Shown here: one piece after another, positions 1 to 14,687 of the stretch
Numbering within the stretch: the first letter of the stretch is position 1
Layout: the number at the start of each line of letters is the position of its first letter
Assembly: GCA_951406725.2 (NCBI GenBank)
Contig: OX597828.1
Location: 73,408,001-73,472,000, forward strand
From: Octopus vulgaris
Taxonomy: Eukaryota
DNA length: 64,000 nucleotides
Direction: 5' to 3'
Translations under genes and position numbers: made by a program
The notes under the pieces: model-generated
Databases searched by the model: none
Told to the model about the DNA's origin: nothing
The model's input: the letters and a program-made list of their open reading frames with translations, nothing else

Positions 1-2113
<2,113 letters not shown>

Positions 2114-2339
2114 TAGTGCAATATTTCTGCAGGTTCTCCAGTTTGTGATCTCAAATATCGCCAAGACCAACTTTGCTCATGAATCAGTGACGTTCGATAA
2201 AATATAATATCAATCAATTACTAGCATCAATGGTTTCATCTGAGACTGCTCTCTTAAACATTGCTGGCCTCGTGCCTAAATCAGAAAACACTTATTCATC
2301 TTCTGTTTCTTCTTCACTATCGTCTTCTTCTCAAAACAT

Positions 2340-2443
2340 TACGACGGGCGTCTTTCGAATTCCGTCTGCCAAATCTACTCACAAGGTTTTGTTCTGCCCG
2401 AGGCTATAGTACAAGACACTTGCCCAAGATGCCACGCGGTGCC
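2340..2443 (-). mobile_element. Fragment of SINE family A
   Basis: Matches the reverse complement of the 5' half of 23866-24325. Confidence 0.75.
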
Positions 2444-2444
2444 A

Positions 2445-2596
2445 CGTTTTGTATCTATTTTTCACCCGATGAGATACATCTGCACCGCCGGATGCTCCTG
2501 AACCAGTTGCTGCGTGTGCCACCCGTGAGGAATAGATTCTAGATGTGTCGTGATTAACATTAGATTCTCATATATTCTATATCCCGTCTTTCATTT

Positions 2597-2598
<2 letters not shown>
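2445..2598 (+). mobile_element. PLE-type tail fragment, same family as 5670-5840, with GAAAC/stem III deleted
   Basis: tcacccga..catctgcacc.ccggatgctcctga.ccagttg shared with 5684-5731; ends in (TA)n. Confidence 0.65.
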
Positions 2599-2630
<32 letters not shown>

Positions 2631-2633
<3 letters not shown>

Positions 2634-4067
2634 CCGTCCGATCTCACTCACCTCACATATCATCAAGGTATTTGAGAGGGTGGTGAGATCTCGAATAACC
2701 CAATTTCTGGAAAGCAACAGACGGCTGATCTCCAACCAACATGGGTTCCGTAATGGAAGGGACTGCCTAACGCAGCTCCTGCATCACTTTGATGACATCT
2801 TGAGAGCTTTGGGAGAGGGCTCCAACACCGATGTCATCTACCTTGATTTCAGTAAGGCCTTCGACAGGGTCGATCACAAGATCCTATTGAAAAAACTATC
2901 CAACATTGGTGTCTCTGGAAAGTTACTGAAATGGATCAAGTGTTTCCTGACAGACAGATCTCAACATGTTGTAGTTGAAGGGGTAAAATCAAGCCCAGCC
3001 AAAGTCAGTAGTGGCGTTCCGCAAGGCACTGTGCTGGGCCCACTTCTTTTCATCATTTACATTAATGACATTAATGACATCATCAAGCACAGCAACATAA
3101 AAATTTTTGCAGATGATTCCAAGCTACAGAAGGTCATAAATGAGGCGAGTGACCAGATCTACTGGCTGTTATCCAATGGGCAGAAAAAAACAATATGCTG
3201 CTGAACGAGGATAAATTTGAGTTAATCCACTTTGGAAAAGAGGATGCCCTGAAACTCCCATACTCCCTTCCTTCAGGTGAAACTCTCGCGGCGTCCAACA
3301 ACATCAGAGACTTGGGAGTAATTGTGGACAACAACATAAGTTGGGCCACTCATATAAACACCAAAGTTGACATGGCCCGCAGAATGTGTTCCTGGATTCT
3401 CAGAACTTTCCAGTCGAGAGATATCCACACCATTATCCTTCTCTTCTCCACTTTTGCCCGACCCCACCTTGAATACTGTTGTCCACTGTGGTCTCCCCAC
3501 ACAATACAAGGTATCATAAAAGTTGAAGCACCTCAAAGGGCAATCACAAAAAAGATAGATGGCATGACAGGCCTCGACTATTGGGGTCGACTAGAAAAGC
3601 TAAAACTTTATTCTCTCCAACGTCGTCGTGAGCGCTACATCATCTGCATGATGTGGAAAATATTCCATCAGCATTGCCCAAATGATGTTGGCATCACCTT
3701 TAGGGTACATCCAAGGCTTGGGCCCCGTGCCATCCGCCCAAAACAAAAATCGCACTCTCATCTCATAACAACAATATGGCACAATTATTTCACCTCAATT
3801 GGCCCCGCTCTCTTTAACATTACACCAAAACACATTAAAACAGAAACTGACCCTATAGGGTTCAAGAAGTCTTTGGACAGATTCTTTCAAGAAATCCCGG
3901 ATAAACCCCCTACACCCGGATATGTCTCTGTAAACAATAACTCTCTACTTGAGTGGGCCATAGTGCCCAAATTCTGACTTGAAAGACTTCACCAGGTGGT
4001 GCTATTAAGTTAGACATGGCCTGGGCCAATAATGGCCGAAACCTATCAAAGTATCAAAGTATCAAAG
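2631..4067 (+). mobile_element. CR1-group LINE, 5'-truncated, frameshifted RT, inserted in (TA)n
   Basis: RPISLTS, QHGFR, YLDFSKAFD, SGVPQGTVLGPLLF, FADD, RDLGV, RPHLEY; frameshift near 3150; 3' tail (TATCAAAG)x3 at 4044-4067, an octamer tail typical of CR1. Confidence 0.88.
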
Positions 4068-4593
4068 TATATATATATATATATGTATACAGCATATATA
4101 TATATATGTACACACATACACACATGTATATAAGTAAAATATGTAAGTTATATACACACATATTTTGTTAGTGTGTCGCAATACAGTCTGCTGAGAGAGA
4201 GACTGCGAACATGAATTGCAACGATGTCGAATGTGGTTTGATATCAATAACCTGTCACGAAAGAAACAGTTCATCGCATTAATCTGTTATATTCTAACGA
4301 CCAATATGTCTGCGAGTCTATCCAATATTTTGGTGTGAGGTCAACACAACATGATTACACTTAATATGATTACGCAGACCTACTCCTTGTCAAATTCAAC
4401 AGGAAGTAGGTCGATATTTGTACAAGCCTCTTTAATCTTAATGACTTAATCTGTTATTGTGGTTGTTGATACTCATTTTTGTGAGTGTCTGGTGTCATAA
4501 CCACAGTCTTTCAATCATGTGCATATTACAATTTAGAGCCTTCTGAGATAGATACATACATACAAACACACACACACGCACACACACACACAA

Positions 4594-4653
<60 letters not shown>

Positions 4654-4730
4654 GTATATATGGCTATATATATATATACACACTTATATATACAGCTATG
4701 TATGTATGTAAATATGTGTGTATTTATGAA

Positions 4731-4937
4731 GCAGCGAGCTGGCAGAAACGGTAGCACGCCAGGCGAAATGCTTGGCGATATTTCGTCTGTCTTTGCGTTC
4801 TGAGTTCAAATTCTGCCTAGGTCGAAATCGGTTTTTATCTGGATCGATAAATTAAATACCACATGCATACTGGGGTCTTTCTAATCGCCTGTGCCCTGCC
4901 CCAAAATTTCGGGCCTTGCACCTAAAGTAGAATAGAA
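4731..4937 (+). mobile_element. SINE family B (tRNA-derived head, Meta-domain-like centre)
   Basis: A-box-like gagctggcagaa, B-box gagttcaaattc; homologous to 50537-50750. Confidence 0.75.
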
Positions 4938-4989
4938 TATGTGTGTATATATGTACATAAATACATGTATATACGAATCTATGCATTCA

Positions 4990-5190
<201 letters not shown>

Positions 5191-5368
5191 CAATACTTGC
5201 TTATATATTGAGTTCAACTGAAAATAATTTAAATTATACTGAGTCTGTATTTGGTCTATCTCCATCTCTTTGCAACTGATGTTGGTGTGTTATTTATACC
5301 CACTGTAAGTTAACGGTAAGTCCTGGAGGTCAATTTCTTCGACCAAAACCCTTTAAAGCAGAGCTTTA

Positions 5369-5428
<60 letters not shown>

Positions 5429-5430
<2 letters not shown>

Positions 5431-5840
5431 TAAATGAAAGACAGAAGATGGATTAAACGAAAACTCTATTATCAATCATGACAATAGTTTCGACACATCT
5501 AGCATCGATTCCTCATAATGCTTTTGCCGCTGGATTGCGTGTTCGTTTCTTTTTGTACCATCTGTGATTTTCTATGTGTACCTGTATATAAATGAAGATA
5601 TTTCCTCCGTCTGGCTGTTTTTCTCTCTACCAAACGGGAAGTTACATTGCGGAACAGTTATTTTAACGAGTTGTATTTATTTATCACCCGACGGGATGCA
5701 TCTGCACCACCGGATGCTCCTGATCCAGTTGTTGAGTGTCCAACCGATGATGAATCAATGCTAGATATATCGAAACAATTGTCGTGATGAATGATTAATA
5801 ATAAATCTTCGTATATTCCATCTTCTGTCTCTCATTTGCC
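5429..5840. mobile_element. PLE-derived element with ~90-bp diverged terminal inverted repeats carrying a degenerate HHR
   Basis: 5429-5516 is approximately the reverse complement of 5748-5840; CCGATGA(5744)...GAAAC AATT GTC(5772-5783); left end at (TA)n. Confidence 0.7.
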
Positions 5841-6151
5841 ATATACGGAACGATCACTGTGAAAGTGACTGTGCTATACAAGTAAGCTCCACAAAATCAA
5901 TGTAGGAGCATATTGATCGTTTTGCACTTTTCAATCAGCCGATAGTTTCTTTCTTGACACTTATCAGATTTTCGGTCTGATAAGAACCATGCACGAAACG
6001 TTTGACCCTTGTGTCAAATTTTGTAATTTTCCGCCGATTAAAAAATTTAATTTGTATGCATTTCAGCAGAAGGCCTAACTTATGCTAAACTAACAGTGCC
6101 TCTATATTAGTAACAACGTTTGTTTGTTTGTTTGTGTGTATATGTATATAG

Positions 6152-6190
<39 letters not shown>

Positions 6191-6225
6191 TATATGTTAA
6201 TATAGATATACATACATATACACAC

Positions 6226-6302
<77 letters not shown>

Positions 6303-6567
6303 TGTGTGCGTTTATCTATGTCACACACCCGTGATTTTATGTATTCCAGTAATATGAAGAATTTAATTGAATCAAGTTTAATTCTTTAATATTCTACAAA
6401 ACAACATAATTATCTCCTTTTTTCTTGCCTGCAAGAACGAATCTATTAAATTTCACACTCACACATATGAAATTATGCATGTATATATATATATATATAT
6501 AAGCGCATGTGTGTGTGTCATTTTTGTTTCTGTCTTTTAATCACTCCGTATTTACGTATATACGTAC

Positions 6568-6606
<39 letters not shown>

Positions 6607-6646
6607 TGTATATACACATATACACACACATACACACACACATATA

Positions 6647-7881
6647 TATCAAGTAAACAACGTTTTGAACCATAAAGAATCTGCATTTTTTAAGCATTTT
6701 TTCCCAATCGACTGATAACTCAGACAGAGTCTTGCCCAAATGCATTACTAAATTGACATTGACAATTTTTTTTACTGTTGTTACAATCATCTGAAATGGT
6801 TCTGTCAAAGCGAGATAATCGGGCTATTTTGCTGTTCAACTACAAATAAGGACGTAAAGCAGCTGAAACTGCTTGCGATATCAACAAAACTTTTGTTGAA
6901 GAAATGACCAGTGAGTGGTCAGCTCGAAAAGGATTTAAACGATTTCGCAGTGGAGACTTGAGCTTTGAAGATCGTGATTGTAGTGGAAGCCCATCTTTCA
7001 TCGATGACGGTCAATTACAGACTGTCGTTGAGAAAGATCCACGTAAACTACTCGATAACTGGCAAAAGAAATTGAAGTTAGCCAGAAAACTGCCCGCAAC
7101 CATTTGCATGCGATCGGAAAATCAAAAAAGCTCGGCAAATGGGTACCACACGATTTGAATGAAAATCAGAAAATGCGCAGATATGAAATTTGCTCGTCGT
7201 TTCTCCGTAAACAGATCGATCCATTTCTCGACTGTATTGTAACTTGCGATGAAAAGTGGATTCTGTACAATAATAAAAAACGTTCTTCACAGTGGTTGGA
7301 CCAAAATGAAGCATCGAAAACCTTCTCTAAACCCGAGCTCTTCAAGAAAAAGGTTCCGGTGACTGTTTGGGAGTGTACTGCCGGACTCATCCACTATAAC
7401 TTCTTAAAACACAGAAAAACCATTACCGCAGAAACATATTGCCATGAAATGGCCACAATGAATGAAAAACTGCTACTCCTCCATCACAGATTGTTCAGCA
7501 GAAGAGGGCCATGACAATGCTCGACCACACGTTTCACCAATGATGCTCTAGAAGTTGAGGGAACTTAACTACGAAATTCCTCGCCACCCAGCTTATTCCC
7601 CAGACCTTTCTCCTACCGACTACCACTTTTTCACACACGTCGATGGTTTCCCGCAGGAGAAGGAGTTCAAAAATTAAACCGATGCTGAAAGCTCATTCAA
7701 AGAGTTCCTCAGTTCCAGAACTCCAGATTCGTATGTTACCGGAACAATCGTATAACTTGTTGGCAAAAATATTTTGATTGCAATGGTAATTACTTTGAGG
7801 AATAAAGTTTCCACATTGATGAAATATATTGTGATGAATTTCATGTTTCAAAACGTTGCTTACTTTTTACTCAACATGATA
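6647..7881 (+). mobile_element. mariner (DD34D-type) transposon, decayed
   Basis: WVPHDL, IVTCDEKW, HDNARPH, HPAYSPDLSPTDY across frameshifts and stops; terminal aagtaaacaacgttttgaa / ttcaaaacgttgcttactt inverted match. Confidence 0.92.
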
Positions 7882-7934
7882 CACACACACACACTCACAC
7901 ACACATATATATATATACATATTATATATATATT

Positions 7935-8123
7935 CTTTTATTCTTTTATTTGTTTCAGTCATTTGTTTCATGCTGTAGCACCGCCTTTAGTCGAACAAAT
8001 CGACCCCAGAACTTATTTTTTGAACTTTTTTATCAGCCTCTTTTTGCCGAACCGCGAATTTACAGTGACGTAAACTCTCCAACATAGGTTGTTAAGACAC
8101 ACAAACACACACACACACAAACA

Positions 8124-8173
<50 letters not shown>

Positions 8174-8333
8174 TAGCTTCTTCCAGTTCCCATCTACCAA
8201 ATCCACTCACAAGGCTTTGGTCGGCCCGAGGCTATAGTAGAAGACACTCGCCCAACGTACCACACAGTAGGACTGAACCCGGAGCCATGTGGTTGGTAAA
8301 GAAGCTACTTACAACACAGCCACTCCTGCGCCT
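7935..8333 (-). mobile_element. SINE family A with internal (TA)n
   Basis: Reverse complement of 23866-24325. Confidence 0.88.
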
Positions 8334-8347
8334 ATATATATTATATA

Positions 8348-8381
<34 letters not shown>

Positions 8382-8407
8382 CATATATATATACTCACAT
8401 ACATACA

Positions 8408-8440
<33 letters not shown>

Positions 8441-8878
8441 GTATATATAAATTGAGCACGGATGTGTTATATAATAATAAGCTGTTAATATTAGCAATTA
8501 TGAATAAATAGGAAATTTAATTTAACACTTTAGAAGTGCTTACCCAATATGATTAATCATAGACTTCGAAATCGAATTACGTATTATTCGCAATCCAAGA
8601 GTCTGAACCAACCATTACACGAAAGAATTTCTGCCTCATTTCGTCCACTTATATTAGCGCTTATAAAAGTGTTACGTTACAAGTAACTCTTTTTTGTGTT
8701 TTGAGATCTTTGCAACAGAATGCAATAAAATGTTCCCTTGATGATCCATTGCAATTAGGCGTCAGTATACACTCGAGACATCCGAGCCTGAGTTCCAAAC
8801 AATTACATTTGCGAAACTTACGTAGGAACGAAATATTTATACTAATGTTCATCATAATAGTTCAATATACATATATGG

Positions 8879-8920
<42 letters not shown>

Positions 8921-9005
8921 ATTATTTGAAGGAATATTATGCCTAACTTACAGGGGAAAATTCAATTTAGAAATACTAAATCAAATTTCACAAAAATAAT
9001 ATATT

Positions 9006-9416
9006 ACTTTTACTCGTTTACTTGTTTCAGCCATTTGACTGCAGCCATGCTGGAGCACCGCCTTTAATCGAGCAACTCGACCCCGGGACTTATTCCTTGT
9101 AAGCCCAGTACTTATTCTATCGGTCTCTTTTGCCGAACCGCTAAGTGACGGGGACGTAAACACCCCAGCGTCGGTTGTCAAGCAATGCTAGGGGAACAAA
9201 CACAGATACACAAATAAACACGCACATATATATATATATATATACATATATACGACGGGCTTCTTTCAGTTTCCGTCTACCAAATCCACTTACGAGGCTT
9301 TGGTCGTCCCAGGGCTATAGCAGAATACACTTGCCTAAGGTGCCACGTAGTGGGACTGAACCCGGAACCATGTGGCTGGTAAGCAAGCTACTTACCACAC
9401 AGCCACTCCTGCGCCT
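9006..9416 (-). mobile_element. SINE family A, full length
   Basis: tRNA-like head aggcgcaggagtggctgtgtggtaag..gggttcagtccc, internal microsatellite, gagtaaaa-type tail. Confidence 0.92.
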
Positions 9417-9597
9417 ATATATATATATATATATATGTATTAGAAAAAAATACCTTTTATCAGTTCAAAATGAACAATTAAATTACACCATCTAGAAAAT
9501 TACATATAACAGAAATATTAAAATTAAAATAACAATGATATACCGATGTGTAAGTAAATTGCAAAATAATAATAAAAACGTATATATTTTGTATACT

Positions 9598-9635
<38 letters not shown>

Positions 9636-9654
9636 CATATATATACATATATTC

Positions 9655-9696
<42 letters not shown>

Positions 9697-9811
9697 TATA
9701 TCCATACACATATATATATATCTATATATATGATTCTATATATGTATATATATATACACACACCTACATATATGTATAAATATATATATATATGTATATA
9801 TATATATGTAT
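9417..9811 (+). repeat. Copy 1 of a ~400-bp direct repeat (copy 2 at 10411-10826)
   Basis: Unique core gtattagaaaaaaa.accttttatcag...ttttgtatactc and the following microsatellite pattern recur with few differences. Confidence 0.95.
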
Positions 9812-10290
9812 GTTTCAAGATTAGTCATCACAACACTTCTATCATCAGCTCAGAAACTCCTTGGTTTGGATTTGAAAACACTGAAAGTGAGAGCATACTC
9901 CTTCGGCCTCTCATCGCTTTCGAAGATCTGCTCGTAACTAACAGTGCCAACAAACTCAAACATGCAAGCGAAGAATTTCTGCTCTCCCCTTTCCACCAGC
10001 GTGGGTTAAAATCAACAAACACTCTGCTTATTTCGGTAAAATCCGAAGCATTAATTAGAGGGAGATTAATTATAATTTCAACAATTGAAAAGTTTTGAAA
10101 AGCGATGAGAGGCCGAAGGAGTATGCTCTCACTTTCAGTGTTTTCAAATCCAAACCAAGGAGTTTCTGAGCTGATGATAGAAGTGTTGTGATGACTAATC
10201 TTGAAACGTACGTTCTCAAATAACCTTTGCATTTGATTTTTTGATGTCTTTACCCCCAAACTTTCGTGAGTTGAGTTGACCAAACACTAT
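9812..10290. mobile_element. PLE-type fold-back insertion with 109-bp perfect inverted arms (9812-9920 / 10099-10207)
   Basis: Arms are exact reverse complements, confirmed by the identical peptide FKISHH...LIAF in opposite-strand ORFs; arms contain an HHR core. Confidence 0.85.
10167..10218 (+). ncRNA. Type I hammerhead ribozyme motif
   Basis: tgag-CTGATGA(10171)-weak stem II aga/tct-GAAAC GTAC GTT(10203-10214)-ctca; palindromic loop III; GUU triplet. Confidence 0.7.
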
Positions 10291-10406
10291 ATGAGAGAGA
10301 TTTTCTTTAAGTATTAGAAATGGTTTTTTAAAAAAGCTTTTTAGCTGCTATTTCTAATGAGTTCAGTATGCGGCAAAGTAATTTATTTTACTAAGCCCTT
10401 TTATAT

Positions 10407-10410
<4 letters not shown>

Positions 10411-10453
<43 letters not shown>

Positions 10454-10610
10454 TAGAAAAAAACACCTTTTATCAGTTCAAAATGAACAATTAAATTACA
10501 CCATCTAGAAAATTACATATAACAGAAATATTAAAATTAAAATAACAATGATATACCGATGTGTAAGTAAATTGCAAAATAATAATAAAAACGTATATAT
10601 TTTGTATACT

Positions 10611-10650
<40 letters not shown>

Positions 10651-10669
10651 CATATATATACATATATTC

Positions 10670-10719
<50 letters not shown>

Positions 10720-10826
10720 CCATACACATATATATATATCTATATATATGATTCTATGTATGTATATATATATACACACACCTACATATATGTATAAATA
10801 TATATATATATGTATATATATGTATG
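10411..10826 (+). repeat. Copy 2 of the ~400-bp direct repeat
   Basis: See 9417-9811. Confidence 0.95.
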
Positions 10827-10929
10827 TATCATCAAAATCATCATCATCATCGTCATCATCATCTTAAATCCTTTATTCCGACACATTTTCCTACGTTTTT
10901 GTTTCCTATTCTCTCCATTTTTCTCTCTC

Positions 10930-11062
10930 ATCCATCTCTCTCGAAGGACGTAGGCTCGAAACGTCAACGACATCTCCATTCATACCTAGCGTGAAACTAA
11001 TATTCTGCTTGCTGTTGGCTCACTTGCCTTTACCGTTTGTTTTCTGTATATTTGAAATATAT
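10930..11062 (+). mobile_element. PLE tail fragment with degenerate HHR, same family as 37165-37295
   Basis: gaag..cgtaggctcGAAACGTC followed by agcgt.aaactaatat..ctgcttg.tgtt, as at 37178-37250. Confidence 0.65.
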
Positions 11063-11067
11063 ATGGA

Positions 11068-12560
11068 TATGATTAGAATCGAAGGGCCTTAGAGTCAACC
11101 TAGCTAAAACCAAAGTCCTAATAAGTAGGAAGGTAGACAATCCACAAATGTCTTCAGTTAGATGGCCCTGCTCGATCTGTAGAAAAGGCGTAGTTAGAAA
11201 CTCTATAAGATGTACCCAGTGTAAGCTATGGACACATAAGAGGTGCAGCAATATCAAAGGAAGGCTAACTGGGAAGATAGTTTTTGTATGTGGCAGATAC
11301 TCAGGTGCAATAAACACTGAAAATCTGCAGAAAACAACTTCCGTCACTTTCCGGGGGGAAAAACTAGAAGTAGTTGATAACTTCCGTTACCTAGGTGACC
11401 AAGTCAGTAGCGGGGGTGGGTGTGCTGAAAGTGTAACTGCTAGAGTAAGAATAGCCTGGGCAAAGTTCAGGGAGCTCTTACCTCTGCTGGTGACTAAAGG
11501 CCTCTCGCTCAGAGTAAAAGGCAGACTGTATGATGCATGTGTACGAACAGCCATGCTACATGGCAGTGAAACATGGGCCGTGACTGCTGAGGACATGCGT
11601 AAGGTCACGAGGAATGAAGCCAGTATGCTCTGATGGATGTGTAATGTCAGTGTACATACTCGACAGAGTGTAAGTACTTTGAAAGAAATGTTGGACTTAA
11701 GAAGCATCAGCTGTGGTGTGCAAGAGAGACGATTGCGCTGGTATGGTCATGTGGCGAGAATGGATGAAGATAGGTGTGTGAAAAAGTGTCAATCATTAGC
11801 AGTTGAGTGAACCCGTGAAAGAAGTAGACCCATGAAAACCTGGGACGAGGTGGTGAAGCACGACCTTCGAACTTTAGGTCTCACCGAGGCAATGACTAGC
11901 GACCGAGTTCTATGGAAATATGCCGTGCGTGAAAAGACCAGGCAGGACAAGTGAATCCATCCCAGTCAGCCCACTTATGCATGCCTTTTCCTCCCTTGGA
12001 CACACGAAGACCTGCTGAGGCAAGCGAAGTCGAAATCGAACCTCATCCGACGACAGGCACCCATGCCAACCTCCCTTCATTGGACATAAACTCTGCTTGC
12101 GAAGACCTGTTGGGACAAGTGAAATCGGAATCGAAATTGAACCAATCCTATGACTGGCACCCGGCAATTGCCAGGACCGCTGGACTGACTCCTGTGCAGG
12201 TGGCAAGTAAAGAAACACCGTTTCGACCCTGTGCTTGAAGAAATCCATTGAGTCAAGTACACCAACATCAAAAATCAATGAAAACTGCAATTGTGATCCC
12301 TGTGCCGGTGGCACGTAAAAAAACACCATCCGAACGTGGCCGATGCCAGCGTCGCCTTGACTGGCTTCCGTACCGGTGGCACGTAAAAAGCACCCACTAC
12401 ACTCACGGAGTGGTTAGCGTTAGGAAGGGAATCCAGCTGTAGAAGCACTTCCAGATCAGACTGGAGCCCGATGCAGCCTCCTGGCTTCCCAGATCCCCGG
12501 TCGAACCGTCCAACCCATGCTAGCATGGAGAACGGACGTTAAACGATGATGATGATGATG
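11068..12560 (+). mobile_element. RTE-clade LINE, 5'-truncated, (GAT)n tail
   Basis: KGLRVNLAKTKV, FRYLG, RVRIAWAKFREL, MLHGSETW, RLRWYGHVARM; premature stops; 3' end ggaagggaatccagctgtag...gttaaac(gat)n. Confidence 0.9.
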
Positions 12561-12749
12561 AGTGCGGCCATCACAGTAATCTCGTCTTACGGATCTCAGT
12601 TTGCACAGTTATCCGATGCAGAGAAGAATATAGTAAAGTGTCCAATCGGCCTAAATCCAGAAGATCTGGCCATTGGAGTTATTACATAAGAAGTATAAAT
12701 ACATACTAATAATAAAGCTCAGGATGTATGAGAGGGAAACACATTTACC

Positions 12750-13022
12750 TGTGTCCGGAAGCTTCACTGTAAACATTCTTTCCGTGGGAAAATTTGCTAT
12801 AGGAAATTTCAACGTAAATAGGTATACAAGCAAACTATACCTTAGATACCTCGTTTTAAAGAAATTAACTTCCTCTAATTGGCAGGTTAATTGCTGAAAT
12901 TTCCAGCTTAAGAAAACAGCTTTTTCGTTTCATTCTAATTTTCTTTTCTGAAATAAAATTTTTTTATTTCGGCGAATTTTTCCGTGGGAAAGGTGTTTAC
13001 GGAAAAAAAATTCCTACAGTCA
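12750..13022. mobile_element. Possible old MITE with degenerate terminal inverted repeats
   Basis: gtaaacattctttccgtgggaaaatttgc resembles the reverse complement of gcgaatttttccgtgggaaaggtgtttac. Confidence 0.35.
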
Positions 13023-13278
13023 TATTTATTTAACCACTTGACATGCTTAGGATTACAGCCGTTTCATAGCATTCTTCATGTAGTAATAAGTTCAGTATGG
13101 AAGAACTTATGCTAACATGTTTTCATTAATATGTTTGATTTCCATACTGAAATTATTACTACATGAATAAGCGTGCGAAACGACTGCAATCCTAAGTATT
13201 TTAAGTGGTTAAATAGATATATTCACCTGTTCTACACTTTGATTATTGTGCTTTATATATATAATCATACAAACTCGG

Positions 13279-13315
<37 letters not shown>

Positions 13316-13547
13316 TATATATATATACACATACGTGTTTTTATATCCTGTATTGGAGATCTGATATAACGAAGCGGGGGAGTAAAGTATATACACGACG
13401 CACTTCTATATCTATTACACGAAGCACAATGCTCACAGTGAACGGCTACCAACATGAGCAACGTATCGCTCGCAGTTCATTAATTTATAACAATAAGTCA
13501 GTCCAGCTGTTTTCGCTTGGGGATGAGGGGAATCTTTGCACAACACA

Positions 13548-13620
<73 letters not shown>

Positions 13621-13735
13621 GCATACGTACATACATATATATGTATATATCTATCTATTCATTTATCTCTCTCCCTATATATATATATACATACACACAC
13701 GCATATGCATACATATACATATATATATATATATA

Positions 13736-14456
13736 TAAGAATGAATGTTTTTATATATAAAGAACGTGAAACACAGGAAGGGACGAACACGGAACACAGA
13801 CAAATCATTCGAAGCCTTCAATCTTCAGTCAGACACCGAACCATCATAGCAAATTTCGGCTGTTCAATTCTGATATTTGCTCCAACTCGGCCAGCCCCAA
13901 GAAAAAAAAAAAAAAAAAACTAAGCTGTAAGCATTAGATTTCTTGGTAGAAGACAGGAATGTGAACGCACAAGACGGATGTAAACACAAGAGACGAAAAC
14001 GAAATTGAAAACGGTAATGAACAAACAAAACATATATAACGGTGGTTGTCATACGACTTTAGACCAAATGAGACAGAAACAACAACAACATAGCTGGCGT
14101 AGAAATAATTACCGTTTCGGTAGCGGGGACACATGTTGGTCGAGATACGAAGGCCAACAGAATGGTTTAAGAAGCAGCAGGTCGCAGGAGGGAGAGAGAA
14201 AGAGAGACAGAGAGAGAGGGAATCAAAGAGGGTGGAAGGCAGGGGACAGAATCAGTGACCAAGAGAAAAGGAGAAAGAAGGGATTAAGGAGGATGGGAGG
14301 AAGAGGGGAGGAGGATGGGAGGAAGAGAGGGAAGAATCGGAGGGCGCCAAAAAGTTTGGTGAAGAAGCAATGGCGGGCAGGAAAGACAGTGTGTATAGAA
14401 GTCGTGCAGGGTTTAAAATTGGACAAACAAACGGGGGGGGGGTGCACGTAACGCCG

Positions 14457-14459
<3 letters not shown>
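13736..14459 (-). mobile_element. Probable PLE 3' remnant between (TA)n tracts
   Basis: On the minus strand, a pyrimidine-rich tract followed by HHR-like remnants (GAAACGGTA near 14111-14119; CTGAAGA..cttcGAA near 13808-13828); same layout as 36299-37295. Confidence 0.4.
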
Positions 14460-14501
<42 letters not shown>

Positions 14502-14550
14502 TATATGTATATATATATATACACGTATATATATATGTGTGAATATATAT

Positions 14551-14631
<81 letters not shown>

Positions 14632-14632
14632 A

Positions 14633-14687
<55 letters not shown>

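Noticed and set aside
9535-10283. Opposite-strand ORFs sharing an identical 36-aa peptide
   Set aside because: A trivial consequence of the 109-bp DNA inverted repeat
14005-14451. 148-aa R/G/E-rich ORF
   Set aside because: Purine-rich low-complexity strand of a probable element UTR; no domain motif
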